Assembly (NCBI GenBank): GCA_963733035.1
Contig: CAVTBU010000005.1
Coordinates: 1,504,001-1,568,000 of the forward strand
Length of the DNA stretch: 64,000 nucleotides
Direction: 5' to 3'
Source of the DNA: Pirellulales bacterium
GTDB lineage: Bacteria > Planctomycetota > Planctomycetia > Pirellulales > PALSA-1355
Shown: positions 52,372 through 61,756 of the stretch, piece after piece
Numbering within the stretch: position 1 is the stretch's first letter
How the letters are laid out: every line of letters starts with the position of its first letter
Made by a program: the position numbers and the translations under genes
Notes under the pieces: generated by a model
Seen by the model: only the letters and a program-made list of their open reading frames with translations
The model's database searches: none
What the model was told of the DNA's origin: nothing

Positions 52372-53645
52372 CGAGTTCGGACAGTTCCTCCGGTCGCATC
52401 AATGCCGCAGCGAACATAGATTCCTGCGGACGCGTCCCAAATGCGCTCAAGGTTGTCGGCAATAGCTGGCCAAGCATAGTGCATCTCGGCGTGATGCCGT
52501 GCACTGCAAGCCATCTGATACGACGAATTGGGGTTCTGTAGAATTCTAACCAGCGCAGCGGCGAGTGTCCCCGTAGAGTCCGCCTGAAGATAATGATCTC
52601 CGGGAAGCATCGAGAGTCCTTCAGCGCCGACTGCTGTCGAGACAACTGGTACTCCGGCCGCTGCGGCCTCTAGAATTTTTAGCCGCGTGCCGCCGCCAAT
52701 CCGTAGCGGCACAACCATTGCCGATGTGGCAGCGAGGTAAGGTCGCACATCAGGCACGTCAGCATGCAGTTTCACTCCGGGCCGTCGATGCACAGCGTCA
52801 GACAGCCAGCGCGGAGGATTGCGACCGACAATTGATAGCAGAATACCGGGGCGTTGCGAGACTAGCTGAGGAAATATATCGTCGAGTAACCAACGCACGG
52901 CATCTTGATTTGGTCGCCAATCAAGGGATCCCAAGAACAGAACGGTGTCTGAGTTGTGCTCTACTCTCGTTGGACGAAAGTACTCGATGTCCACGCCATT
53001 GCTAACAACTTCCGGACGCTTGATGCTGAACCACCTAAGTGCCAAGTCGGCATCCGATTCGCTTACAACGATCGTTCGACTCGCCTGAGTAAAGACCGCT
53101 CTTTCGAACCGCCGGAATTTCTTTAGTTGATGAGCGATAAACGATCGCTTTACTGGATTACTTTCCGTTTCGTGATAACGCTGCCAGATTTGGGATTCGA
53201 TGTTGTGGGCCATCACCACCCAGGGCTTACGCACGATTTTGCGGATATTCTCGGCGTACGGCGTCCATTCCACGTGCCACAAATCAACGTTACCAGTCTC
53301 GCTGAGCCGCCGTACCGCCCTTTGCAAGGCCGCACTCTTGTGACTTTGCACTGAGTATGGCAGCGGGGAACACAAGTTGGCGGCCAGTCGACCATGAAAC
53401 TTCAACCCAGACTTAGGCAAATCAAGGGGGTCGACAACGATCACTTCAATGCCGTGGTTTCGCAGGTAGGTTTCTGCCTCAATTGCTTCGATAGGATCTT
53501 GATTGCGATGAGCTAGATATGTGATCCGGTGCCGGCGGGCCAATCGCGTGACGAGATTTAAAGTACGGAGGCGTTTTCCGGAATTCGGCGGATAAGGGAG
53601 CTCCTCGTCCACCACAACAACGTTCATGGGTTTGCGATCAGCCAC
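52368..53645 (-). CDS. glycosyltransferase family 4 (PEP-CTERM system type)
   Basis: PYPPNSGKRLR, HNIES, NGVD, FLGSLDWRPN, PLRIGGGTRLKILEA. Confidence 0.93.
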   Translation of the reverse strand: MADRKPMNVVVVDEELPYPPNSGKRLRTLNLVTRLARRHRITYLAHRNQDPIEAIEAETYLRNHGIEVIVVDPLDLPKSGLKFHGRLAANLCSPLPYSVQSHKSAALQRAVRRLSETGNVDLWHVEWTPYAENIRKIVRKPWVVMAHNIESQIWQRYHETESNPVKRSFIAHQLKKFRRFERAVFTQASRTIVVSESDADLALRWFSIKRPEVVSNGVDIEYFRPTRVEHNSDTVLFLGSLDWRPNQDAVRWLLDDIFPQLVSQRPGILLSIVGRNPPRWLSDAVHRRPGVKLHADVPDVRPYLAATSAMVVPLRIGGGTRLKILEAAAAGVPVVSTAVGAEGLSMLPGDHYLQADSTGTLAAALVRILQNPNSSYQMACSARHHAEMHYAWPAIADNLERIWDASAGIYVRCGIDATGGTVRTR

Positions 53646-54814
53646 TATTCTGGAACCGATGCCAAATTGTCTGACCGGGCGGGGGATGATAACTCTTCAC
53701 TTCCTGGCAAAGGGTCTGTTGTGAACTGCCTTCGCACAAATTCGCTTAACACGCCCCAGCCGCAGGCGGCGTGGAGGGTAACGAAAACTACTGGCAGCAA
53801 TGGAAGCAGTTGCAGAGAGCGCGAGCGAATCACGCCGGAGACGGATGCAGTACCGATCGCGCCACCATATGCGGCCAACGTAGCGAAGTAGATAGTGGAC
53901 AGCCAAGCTGAAACGAGGCAAAGCGGTAGACACGCGATCACTGCGAGCAAGAAAGCGGCTGGCAAGAACGACCCGACAGACAAAGTCGAGTGGTGCTTAG
54001 ACGCCAGCCGCACCCGACCGCGGCCGTAGCGCACCATTTGCCGAAATAATCCGGGCAAACTGCTGCGTGGATGATAATGAACCGCGACATGGGGAACAAA
54101 AAAACACCGGAGGCCGGTTTGGTCGATTCGCGTATTGAGTTCCACGTCCTCACACGCGTCAAACCGTTCGTCGAACAGCCCCACCTGGTCGAATACCTTC
54201 CGCCGGTAGGCCACGGCCACGCTCTGGGCCGGCACGTAGCCTTCTGTCCTCGAGTAGATGTACGAACCTGGGTGGTGACCAAGCCAAGAACTGCGGGCTG
54301 CCGCAATGGCCCGCTGCAGGGTCGTGGCGTCCTTCACGTCCAGCGGCTGCGGACGCCCGATGCAGTCCGCACCACTGCTGGAAAAAACATGGGCGATTTC
54401 CCGCAGATACTGCCGATCATCGATTTCGCAGTGTCCGTCAATCACCAGCACGATTTCCCCCATCGACTCCCGGATGCCGATGTTGCGTGCCGCACTTGAG
54501 AGTTGCTTGGGGTTGTCGAGTAGACGCAAGCACTCGGTTCGCGATGCATACTGCGCTACGATCTCTCGGGTCTGATCGGTCGAGCGACCGTCTACTACCA
54601 GCAATTCATAGCGGTCTCTTGGGTAATCTTGTCCGAGGAGCGAGTCGATCGTGCGAGCGATCAATTTTTCCTCATTGCGAACCGGCACAATGACCGCTAT
54701 CGTCGGGAGTTGTTTTTCGTCAAGCGTCTTATCACCGGCGCCATGCATCGAGTTCGAGGCAGGGCCAGATGACAACTCGGTTGCGAGTTCCAGATTGCCG
54801 ACTTGCGACTTCAT
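53645..54814 (-). CDS. glycosyltransferase family 2 (ExoA-like)
   Basis: VIVPVRNEE, VDGRSTDQT, ARNIGI, IDGH, FDERFDACEDVELN, QMVRYGRGR; start uncertain. Confidence 0.9.
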   Translation of the reverse strand: MKSQVGNLELATELSSGPASNSMHGAGDKTLDEKQLPTIAVIVPVRNEEKLIARTIDSLLGQDYPRDRYELLVVDGRSTDQTREIVAQYASRTECLRLLDNPKQLSSAARNIGIRESMGEIVLVIDGHCEIDDRQYLREIAHVFSSSGADCIGRPQPLDVKDATTLQRAIAAARSSWLGHHPGSYIYSRTEGYVPAQSVAVAYRRKVFDQVGLFDERFDACEDVELNTRIDQTGLRCFFVPHVAVHYHPRSSLPGLFRQMVRYGRGRVRLASKHHSTLSVGSFLPAAFLLAVIACLPLCLVSAWLSTIYFATLAAYGGAIGTASVSGVIRSRSLQLLPLLPVVFVTLHAACGWGVLSEFVRRQFTTDPLPGSEELSSPARSDNLASVPE

Positions 54815-54815
54815 G

Positions 54816-55685
54816 TCAGAAAGCTGCTGTAGCAGTGGTGGTTGCAACCGCGCTATTCGCACAATCGCGGAGCGGCGCAAATGAAAAGTCTCGGAGCAGA
54901 GTTTTCAGTTTGTGTTCAGTCGTTGTCAAATTGACGTAGTGTCTGAATCGCGCGGCACGGGAGCCGAGGCCCATTCTTGGCTGCTGCGGATCGATCTCCC
55001 ACGGATGGACGTAGAACATGAACGGCTGTCTCGCTCGCTCGTTGATGTGCCGCAAGCAGGCGCGAGTGACCGACCAGGGGTAGAGCCGAAAATAGCCGCC
55101 TCCCAGTGGAATGTTGATCTTGGCCACGCGTGCAACCGAGGGGGGCACCTCCCAAATCGGGCCGGCGGCGGTGGCGATTTCGTGAGCGTGGGGCTTGGCG
55201 TCGGGAATCCCGTAGCGGTCGTGGTAGACCGGAAAAATGCTCGAGTCGACGGTGAATCCCTCTTCCACGAGGATCTCAAGGGCCCACAGCGATCGCTTAG
55301 TAATAGAGAAGCTCGGCGCGCGATACGCAGTTACCGGTACGCCCACAATCTGCTCGAGTGTGTCGCGCGACGATCGCACGTCACGCCGAAACTCTTCTGG
55401 AGTCTGCTCGTAGACCAGGCGGTGCCAATAGCCGTGAGAAGCAACCTCGTGACCACCGCGGTGAATCTCCCGCACGATCTGTGGAAACTTGTTGGCCACC
55501 CAACCCAGCACAAAGAAAGTCGCCCGCACCTGTTGGCGCTCGAGCAGCCGCAACATGCGGTGGGTATTTGCTTCTACCCGACAGGGAAACCGATCCCAAT
55601 TGGCTCGGGGAATGTGCCTTTCGAACGCGGAGACCTGAAAGTAGTCCTCCACGTCTACCGTGAACATGTTTTGGATCGCAGCCAT
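54816..55685 (-). CDS. XrtA-system polysaccharide deacetylase (DUF3473 / TIGR03006-like)
   Basis: TVDVEDYFQV, ATFFVLGW, HEVASHGY, YRAPSFSI, GGGYFRLYP, FYVHPWEIDP; start reassigned to ATG 55685. Confidence 0.93.
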   Translation of the reverse strand: MAAIQNMFTVDVEDYFQVSAFERHIPRANWDRFPCRVEANTHRMLRLLERQQVRATFFVLGWVANKFPQIVREIHRGGHEVASHGYWHRLVYEQTPEEFRRDVRSSRDTLEQIVGVPVTAYRAPSFSITKRSLWALEILVEEGFTVDSSIFPVYHDRYGIPDAKPHAHEIATAAGPIWEVPPSVARVAKINIPLGGGYFRLYPWSVTRACLRHINERARQPFMFYVHPWEIDPQQPRMGLGSRAARFRHYVNLTTTEHKLKTLLRDFSFAPLRDCANSAVATTTATAAF

Positions 55686-55689
55686 TTCG

Positions 55690-56568
55690 TTAGCGAGGCT
55701 TCGGACGGTCTGAATGATGCTCATGACCATTTCGGCCGTGCGGGGTTGCTTTGTGCCCGTTGCCGTTCGACGAACTATGTAGAAGGGACTGCAGCGCACT
55801 GCCGGGCGAAACCTCCTCAGGCGATGATGCACGGCCGTCTGCCGGTTCCAGTTTCGGGCTACGATGCAAGCCGAATAAGCCGATGGTGGGCACCTTGATG
55901 AGCCGCGTGGCCGTACAGACGAGCAGGCGAGCTTCCATCCCGAAGCCCGCCTGCTCAACGTACTCTAAATCAAGCATGAGCTTCCGCCGTACGCTATTTA
56001 AATCGGTGTCTGGCGGCAAATTGAGCTGCGCCAGCCCGGTGATCCCGGGCGGCACTGCCAGTCGGTTTCTGTATTCGGGAATCTTTTCGGCAAGTACTTC
56101 GACGAACTCGGGACGTTCCGGTCGCGGGCCGACCAGCGACATCTCGCCTTTTATCACATTGATCAACTGCGGCAACTCATCCAGGTGAAACGTGCGTAGC
56201 ATGTGTCCGAAACGAGTGACCCGCGGATCATTGGTCGTGCACCAAACGGCGCCGGTGCCAACCTCGGCATCCTGCCGCATGCTTCGTAGCTTCAGCATGG
56301 TATAAGTCCGCCCGTCCTGACCGACGCGTCGTTGGCGATAGAAACCGGGTCCAGGAGAACCACATTTGACCAACAGCCACAACAGGCCAATCACTGGCCC
56401 AAATGGAATCAACAGCAACACGGCGAGAGGTAAATCAACGGCTTGCTTCCAGCGAAAGAAAGAAGAAACCGGCACCGCCGTTCCCGGCCGTGTTCTGGCA
56501 CTGTGTGTGCTCACCGAACTCGTCGGGGTATTTTGAGGCTGTAGGTCCAAGACTCGAGGTACCATCAA
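55690..56568 (-). CDS. priming sugar-phosphate transferase (bacterial sugar transferase family)
   Basis: K.AVD, GPGFYRQRRVG, KLRSM, DPRVTRFG, LDELPQL, EMSLVGPRPERP, PGITGLAQ, DLEY. Confidence 0.95.
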   Translation of the reverse strand: MMVPRVLDLQPQNTPTSSVSTHSARTRPGTAVPVSSFFRWKQAVDLPLAVLLLIPFGPVIGLLWLLVKCGSPGPGFYRQRRVGQDGRTYTMLKLRSMRQDAEVGTGAVWCTTNDPRVTRFGHMLRTFHLDELPQLINVIKGEMSLVGPRPERPEFVEVLAEKIPEYRNRLAVPPGITGLAQLNLPPDTDLNSVRRKLMLDLEYVEQAGFGMEARLLVCTATRLIKVPTIGLFGLHRSPKLEPADGRASSPEEVSPGSALQSLLHSSSNGNGHKATPHGRNGHEHHSDRPKPR

Positions 56569-56587
56569 TGTATCCTCATGTTCAATG

Positions 56588-57256
56588 TCAGCGACTCGAT
56601 GAACTACTCACCAGCTCTTCGCTAGCTTCCGGCAAAAAGGCACGCAGGAACAATTGCGTTGCGTCTTGGGTCTGGTCCAGCGCTGTAGACACAACGGGCG
56701 CAACCAACTGGATCTTGTAGAGAAAAGCACTCCCCGCGAATGCGAACCGTGGATCGTCCGGAGCCGACCAGGCACCTCCAGTCGACCATGCATAGTAGAC
56801 ACGGACCATTTCTCCCTCGACGTTCTGCAGTTGAAAATCCACGGCCCAGAAGGAATGGTCCACACCTTTCACGTCTTGAACTTCCACGCGCTGACGCTTT
56901 CCCAGCAGACGATAATTCTGGCTGGGAAAACAGATTTCTGGAGAATGAACGGCAAGCGTCCCGGCCGGACCCACCAATAAAGTCACGCCAATTGTCGAGC
57001 CAGTTTCAGCATCGACGTACTGCCGGATGACTTCGCCAGTGCACTCGAGTTGTGCTTGGGCGTAGTCGGGCAAGTGCGTTGATTCACCACCTTTCCAGGT
57101 AGCGAAGTTGGTCGGTATGCGTTCAAGTTTTGCGCCCGCTTCGCTCTGAATCTGCGTAGCTCCCCAGCGATTCGTAAGCCGTCCGTAGACCAAACCGCCC
57201 CCGGTCGTCAAGGCTACCACCAGAATCAAGCCAATCCACATGGATGGATTTCTCAT
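56588..57256 (-). CDS. exosortase-associated EpsI family protein (DUF3485-like)
   Basis: N-terminal TM + RWG, LERIP..FATWKG, HSPEICFP, VYYAW...W.APDDPR, LYKIQL. Confidence 0.8.
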   Translation of the reverse strand: MRNPSMWIGLILVVALTTGGGLVYGRLTNRWGATQIQSEAGAKLERIPTNFATWKGGESTHLPDYAQAQLECTGEVIRQYVDAETGSTIGVTLLVGPAGTLAVHSPEICFPSQNYRLLGKRQRVEVQDVKGVDHSFWAVDFQLQNVEGEMVRVYYAWSTGGAWSAPDDPRFAFAGSAFLYKIQLVAPVVSTALDQTQDATQLFLRAFLPEASEELVSSSSSR

Positions 57257-57297
57257 GTGCTAGAGCGCTCCATCGGAGGTTTTCATTTGTTGCAGAT

Positions 57298-60200
57298 TCA
57301 TCGAACGTTCTCGTTCAATTCCGCGAGCATCTGGGTATCGGACTGTGTCAGAACCTGGCGGGACAGTTCGTGTTTGTTCGCGAATTCCAATGCTTCCCGT
57401 GCCTTGTCCACGTCACCGACTCGGAAGCGGCCAACGGCCAGATGCAAGTAGTAGCGGGGGTCGGAATTCGGCGCGGACGTCGCCGCGTTCAGCAATTTGA
57501 CTGCCTCTTCCTCCTGTCCAAGCGTCAGCAGAATCGTGCCTTTGGTATCGAGCAGATTTGGCTGAGCCCCGACCAACTCGATTGCTCGGTCGATATAGGT
57601 AATCGCCTCGCTCGCCCGTCCCGGCTGCTCCGCAAGAACGGTGGCCAGATTGTTGAGCGCGTCTGCGTTTTGCGGCTGCACCTCGAGCACTTTCTGGTAG
57701 AGGACCGAGGCGTCGTCGAGTCGTTGTTGCACTACCCGCAGCGCAGCCACTGCGGTGAGCAAGTCCACGTTGTCGCTATGTTCCTTGAGACTCTGCGAGA
57801 TCAACGCCTCTGCCCGCTCAGCGTTGTCTGAATTCGGCCTGCCGCGCAGTAGAACGGCAACCACGGAGGTGGCAGGAAGTTGCGAAGGATCCTGTGCAGC
57901 GGATTGAATACACAGTTCAATTGCCTCATCGATCCGTCCAAGCTCTGCCAGCGAGCGAGCCAGCCGACCATATTGCTGCGGATCGAGTTGGAACGCACGT
58001 CGATACCAGCGTTCGGCACCTTTGAAACTGCGCGCCGCGAAATACAGATCGCCAATGGTTTGACAGACTTGCAGTTTTTGACTTGCCGCCGGTTGGCCGT
58101 CACGTTCGGTCGGTTGCAGCATCCGCTCGGCGGTTTTCTCAAGCAGCGGTTCGATTTCGCTGTCGCGGTTCTCCGCGTGCAGCCACCGAACCCTTAGACC
58201 GAGGGTAGCGACACTATTTGCATTGAGCTGCTCAAGCTTATCGAGCCAACGCCCCGCTTCCTCTTTTTCATCGTGCCGCAGGAGAAAATCGACGTAAGCT
58301 GCCACATCGCCGGGACGAGGGGATGCCGTGTTTGTCAGCTCCAAATACTCTTTGCGAGCGAGCTCGCGATTGCCCTGGGCTTCACGCACGAGTGCCAACA
58401 TCAGCCGATCGCTGCGGGACGCCATGGGGTCAGAGTCAGCCAGCAACTCCTCCAGGATTTGCTGAGATCGCGCCAAATTTTCTGGGCCACCCCTTTGCGC
58501 CAGCAGCGCAGCCTCCAAGTGCCGGTCGGATTTCTCAGGCTTGTTGCCATCCGAGGAGCGATCAAGCATCTGCACAGCTTCGCGCCATCGCTCTTCGCCA
58601 CCGCGTCTGGCGAGCAATTCAGCCAGCATGCGACGCGCGTTATCGGAGCGCGGATTCAGTTCCAGCGCTCGACGCAAGGCTTTCTCAGCCACGGGCGGGT
58701 CGTCCGTTAGAAGGATCTTGCCAATCTCTTCCGGAATGCCGGCGTTCTGGGCGTCGAGCTGTTCTGCTTGCTGGAAATGAACCAAAGCTTGGTCGTGATC
58801 GCCAATCGCCTGGTAGCCGGCAGCCAAGATCATTTCACGTTCCGCCGGCGGGACTTCCACTTTGCGCGCGCACTGTTCAACGGCCGCGCGAGCCCGATCC
58901 AACTGTTTGGTGCGGACGAAATAATTCACTGCCGCACCGTACGTCCGTGGATCGGTGGGGCCCAGTTCGATCGCCCGTCGCAAGGCGTTTTCAGCTTCGG
59001 CCGTCTTGCCCGCCGCAAGTAAAAGCTGACTTACCCAGATCTGCGCCAGCGGGTCACTTGGGCGTCTAGCCGCTCCCAGTCGTGCTGCTTCCAATGCGCG
59101 GCCTGGTTGGCCGGACTGCATGGCCATCGAGATTTCCAGCGTAGATAGTCCGGTGGACGCCGCGGTCCGGCTGCTTAATTCGTCGAGATACTTGTTTGCT
59201 TCGTCGAACCGCTGGAGCCGGTAGAGAAGCAACATCAAACGTTCGTAGGCGACGAGTCGCTGTTCACCGAGTTGTATGGCCTTCTGATATGCCTCGACGG
59301 CTTTTGCTGGTTCGCCTTCTCGATCCAGGACATCTCCCAATAGCAGTTGTCCGCCCGAATTATTGCGTTGCTCCTGGCAGATTTCCGTCGCGATTTTTTC
59401 TGCTTCGGTTAGTCTCTCGTCCTGTGGACCCGTGGCCTGCAGGAGAAGACGATTTGCGCGATAGATTTGCCATTCGCTCGCCTTCACGCCAGGCAGCTTG
59501 CTCAAGCTTTGCTCGAGTGTCTCGGCGTCTTGAAATCGCTTTTGGTCCAGCGCAAGGTCGAGCGCCCGTTCCAACAGTGTCCGATTCGAGGGGTCCTGAC
59601 GCTGTAACTCGCTCAGAGCGTTCCAGGCCTCCTCTGCCCGTCCTTCTTGTACATCAAGACTGACGAATCCAAGTTGAATCGGCAATCGTTGATCTTCGGC
59701 GACCTTTTGTAGCCCTTCCTCCAAAATGCGACGCGCCGCGGGGAACTGTTTGCGAGTTGCCAAGATCATGGCGGAGTTGATGTAGGCGACAGCCTGGTCC
59801 GGAAACATTTTCCTCAAAGTCTCAAGTGCGCTGTCCGCTGCCGACTGGTCCCCGAGGCGCTCAAACATGTTCGCAAAACGGCTCCAGGCCTCGGCCGAGT
59901 GCTGACCCGTCTCGGTCGCATCCTGCAGTATTTGAAGCGCGGTCTTGATTCCACCTGCTCCGTCCCCACGATCTTCAGCCTGTCGCAGCCGGAATTCCGC
60001 TTCGAGAAGGCTGAGCTTCCACGAATCCGTGTCGGGGGTTTGACTTACTGCTTCCTTGGCGCCGTTTAGCAGCTTTTCGACGCTGTTCCAGTCGCGCTGT
60101 TTGAGCGGCAGGTTAAACTGGTTTCGAATCGCGGCTCCGGCCAGGAGCACGCGGTTTTCAAAGGAGTCCTCGATCTTTCCGGCCTTTCGTAGCTCATCTT

Positions 60201-61743
60201 CAGCGAGTTTCGGCCGGTCGACATTCATCCACATTGCCGCGGCAGCCAAGCGGGGCTCTGCCGAGTTGGGACTGACCAATGCCGCGTCATCGAATGCCTT
60301 CGTCGCTAGATCTTGTTGACCCTGGGCTGCGTAGATCTCGCCCAAGATCATCAAAGCCTCGTAACCGGGAGGGTTATTTCCGCGGCGACTAACCGGATCG
60401 TTACTAACCCGTCGCAAAATCTCGATAGCCTTGTCCTGCTCTTGTTTCGCGAGCGCAATCCGCGCTTCGAGCACCTCGGCATTTCGGGTAAAGCCCAGGT
60501 CAGATTCGAGAACCCCACGCTGCCGCAGCGTGGCGGCCGCCGATCTCAGCGCGGCAAGGCATTGTTCGGCACGGACAAACTCACCCTGGGGGATCAGGGC
60601 CGCGGCCATTCGCAGATTCAATAGGATGCTATTCTTGCCGCAGTTGGTCAGGCCCGATTCCCAGGTTTGCAGTGCTTCGTCTGGCTTTCCCTCGAGCCAT
60701 CGCACTTCTCCCAGCCCGAGATAGGCTTGCTCCAATGTCTTGGACGAAGCGATTGCCCGTTCGTAGAACTGGCCGGCCTGTGCGAGAAGCTCGGGCCTCG
60801 CTTGATCCGACGCGGGCGAACGACCAACCAGTTTCCGCAGGCGGTCTTGCGCTGCAACCATCAGTACGACCGTATTGTCGGGCTCCAGTTGAACCGCTTG
60901 ATCCAGGTCACTTTCGGTATCCGGCAGTCCGTTTTGAGATCGGTATTGATAGCGCGCCAAATGGGTGATTGCCCCTTTGGGGTCGGCCTTGACCAATTCG
61001 TCGACGCATTGGTCCGCCAGCTGGGCGCGGTCGACGTCGCTGCGAGCGCGAGCTTCTTCACTTTGCAGCCGTGGTTTGTTTCGGTAGACATCCGCCAGAG
61101 TCAATGCCAACTGCACATCCGTTGGGTTGAGTCGAAACGCCTCTTCCAGAGCAGCCCCGACTGTCATGCCGGATTGAGCGATCGACGATTCGCTGCTGGA
61201 CTGTGCCTGACCGAAGAGCGCCAAGGCAAGCAATCGGTGCGCTTTCGCATCCTTTGGATCGACTTCGATTAGCTTCCTGGCTTCGGCCTCGGCGGACACG
61301 AATTCCTGGGCTTGCATCAAGAGCTCGCCCACTCTTTGTCGCAACGCTTGCTGGCGTTCGGGCGGAGCGGCGGCCAGTGCCTGGTAGTACAGCTCGATTG
61401 CGCGAGTTAGTCTTGTCCGTTCACCTGCCAAGTGCTCGTAGGTCTCCGCCAATTGAATGCGCGCGTTGGCATCGTCGGGACGCATCCGCAGGTAGAGGAA
61501 AAGGTACTCGGCCGATTCCGCCCAAGACTCTTCTTTCGCCAGTGCTTCGGCCCGCGCCGCGAACACGTCTGCACCCTGCTTGACTTGGTGGGCGCGCCAG
61601 AAGTAAAGCCCCGGCAGCAACACGGCCAGGGTCACCAGCGTGCCAACGAGCAGCGGCAGCCGAATTCGTCGCTCGGTAACCGGGCGACGAGCGATCGCGG
61701 CTCTTGGTTTTTCTCTCATTTCGCGTTGGCGTGACTTTTTCAT
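57298..61743 (-). CDS. large tetratricopeptide-repeat protein (PrsT-like scaffold of EPS/PEP-CTERM loci)
   Basis: N-terminal TM followed by many TPR-like helices; C-terminal ALNNLATVLA...LLDTKGTILL...YYLHLAV. Confidence 0.9.
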   Translation of the reverse strand: MKKSRQREMREKPRAAIARRPVTERRIRLPLLVGTLVTLAVLLPGLYFWRAHQVKQGADVFAARAEALAKEESWAESAEYLFLYLRMRPDDANARIQLAETYEHLAGERTRLTRAIELYYQALAAAPPERQQALRQRVGELLMQAQEFVSAEAEARKLIEVDPKDAKAHRLLALALFGQAQSSSESSIAQSGMTVGAALEEAFRLNPTDVQLALTLADVYRNKPRLQSEEARARSDVDRAQLADQCVDELVKADPKGAITHLARYQYRSQNGLPDTESDLDQAVQLEPDNTVVLMVAAQDRLRKLVGRSPASDQARPELLAQAGQFYERAIASSKTLEQAYLGLGEVRWLEGKPDEALQTWESGLTNCGKNSILLNLRMAAALIPQGEFVRAEQCLAALRSAAATLRQRGVLESDLGFTRNAEVLEARIALAKQEQDKAIEILRRVSNDPVSRRGNNPPGYEALMILGEIYAAQGQQDLATKAFDDAALVSPNSAEPRLAAAAMWMNVDRPKLAEDELRKAGKIEDSFENRVLLAGAAIRNQFNLPLKQRDWNSVEKLLNGAKEAVSQTPDTDSWKLSLLEAEFRLRQAEDRGDGAGGIKTALQILQDATETGQHSAEAWSRFANMFERLGDQSAADSALETLRKMFPDQAVAYINSAMILATRKQFPAARRILEEGLQKVAEDQRLPIQLGFVSLDVQEGRAEEAWNALSELQRQDPSNRTLLERALDLALDQKRFQDAETLEQSLSKLPGVKASEWQIYRANRLLLQATGPQDERLTEAEKIATEICQEQRNNSGGQLLLGDVLDREGEPAKAVEAYQKAIQLGEQRLVAYERLMLLLYRLQRFDEANKYLDELSSRTAASTGLSTLEISMAMQSGQPGRALEAARLGAARRPSDPLAQIWVSQLLLAAGKTAEAENALRRAIELGPTDPRTYGAAVNYFVRTKQLDRARAAVEQCARKVEVPPAEREMILAAGYQAIGDHDQALVHFQQAEQLDAQNAGIPEEIGKILLTDDPPVAEKALRRALELNPRSDNARRMLAELLARRGGEERWREAVQMLDRSSDGNKPEKSDRHLEAALLAQRGGPENLARSQQILEELLADSDPMASRSDRLMLALVREAQGNRELARKEYLELTNTASPRPGDVAAYVDFLLRHDEKEEAGRWLDKLEQLNANSVATLGLRVRWLHAENRDSEIEPLLEKTAERMLQPTERDGQPAASQKLQVCQTIGDLYFAARSFKGAERWYRRAFQLDPQQYGRLARSLAELGRIDEAIELCIQSAAQDPSQLPATSVVAVLLRGRPNSDNAERAEALISQSLKEHSDNVDLLTAVAALRVVQQRLDDASVLYQKVLEVQPQNADALNNLATVLAEQPGRASEAITYIDRAIELVGAQPNLLDTKGTILLTLGQEEEAVKLLNAATSAPNSDPRYYLHLAVGRFRVGDVDKAREALEFANKHELSRQVLTQSDTQMLAELNENVR

Positions 61744-61756
61744 CTACATTATCTTT

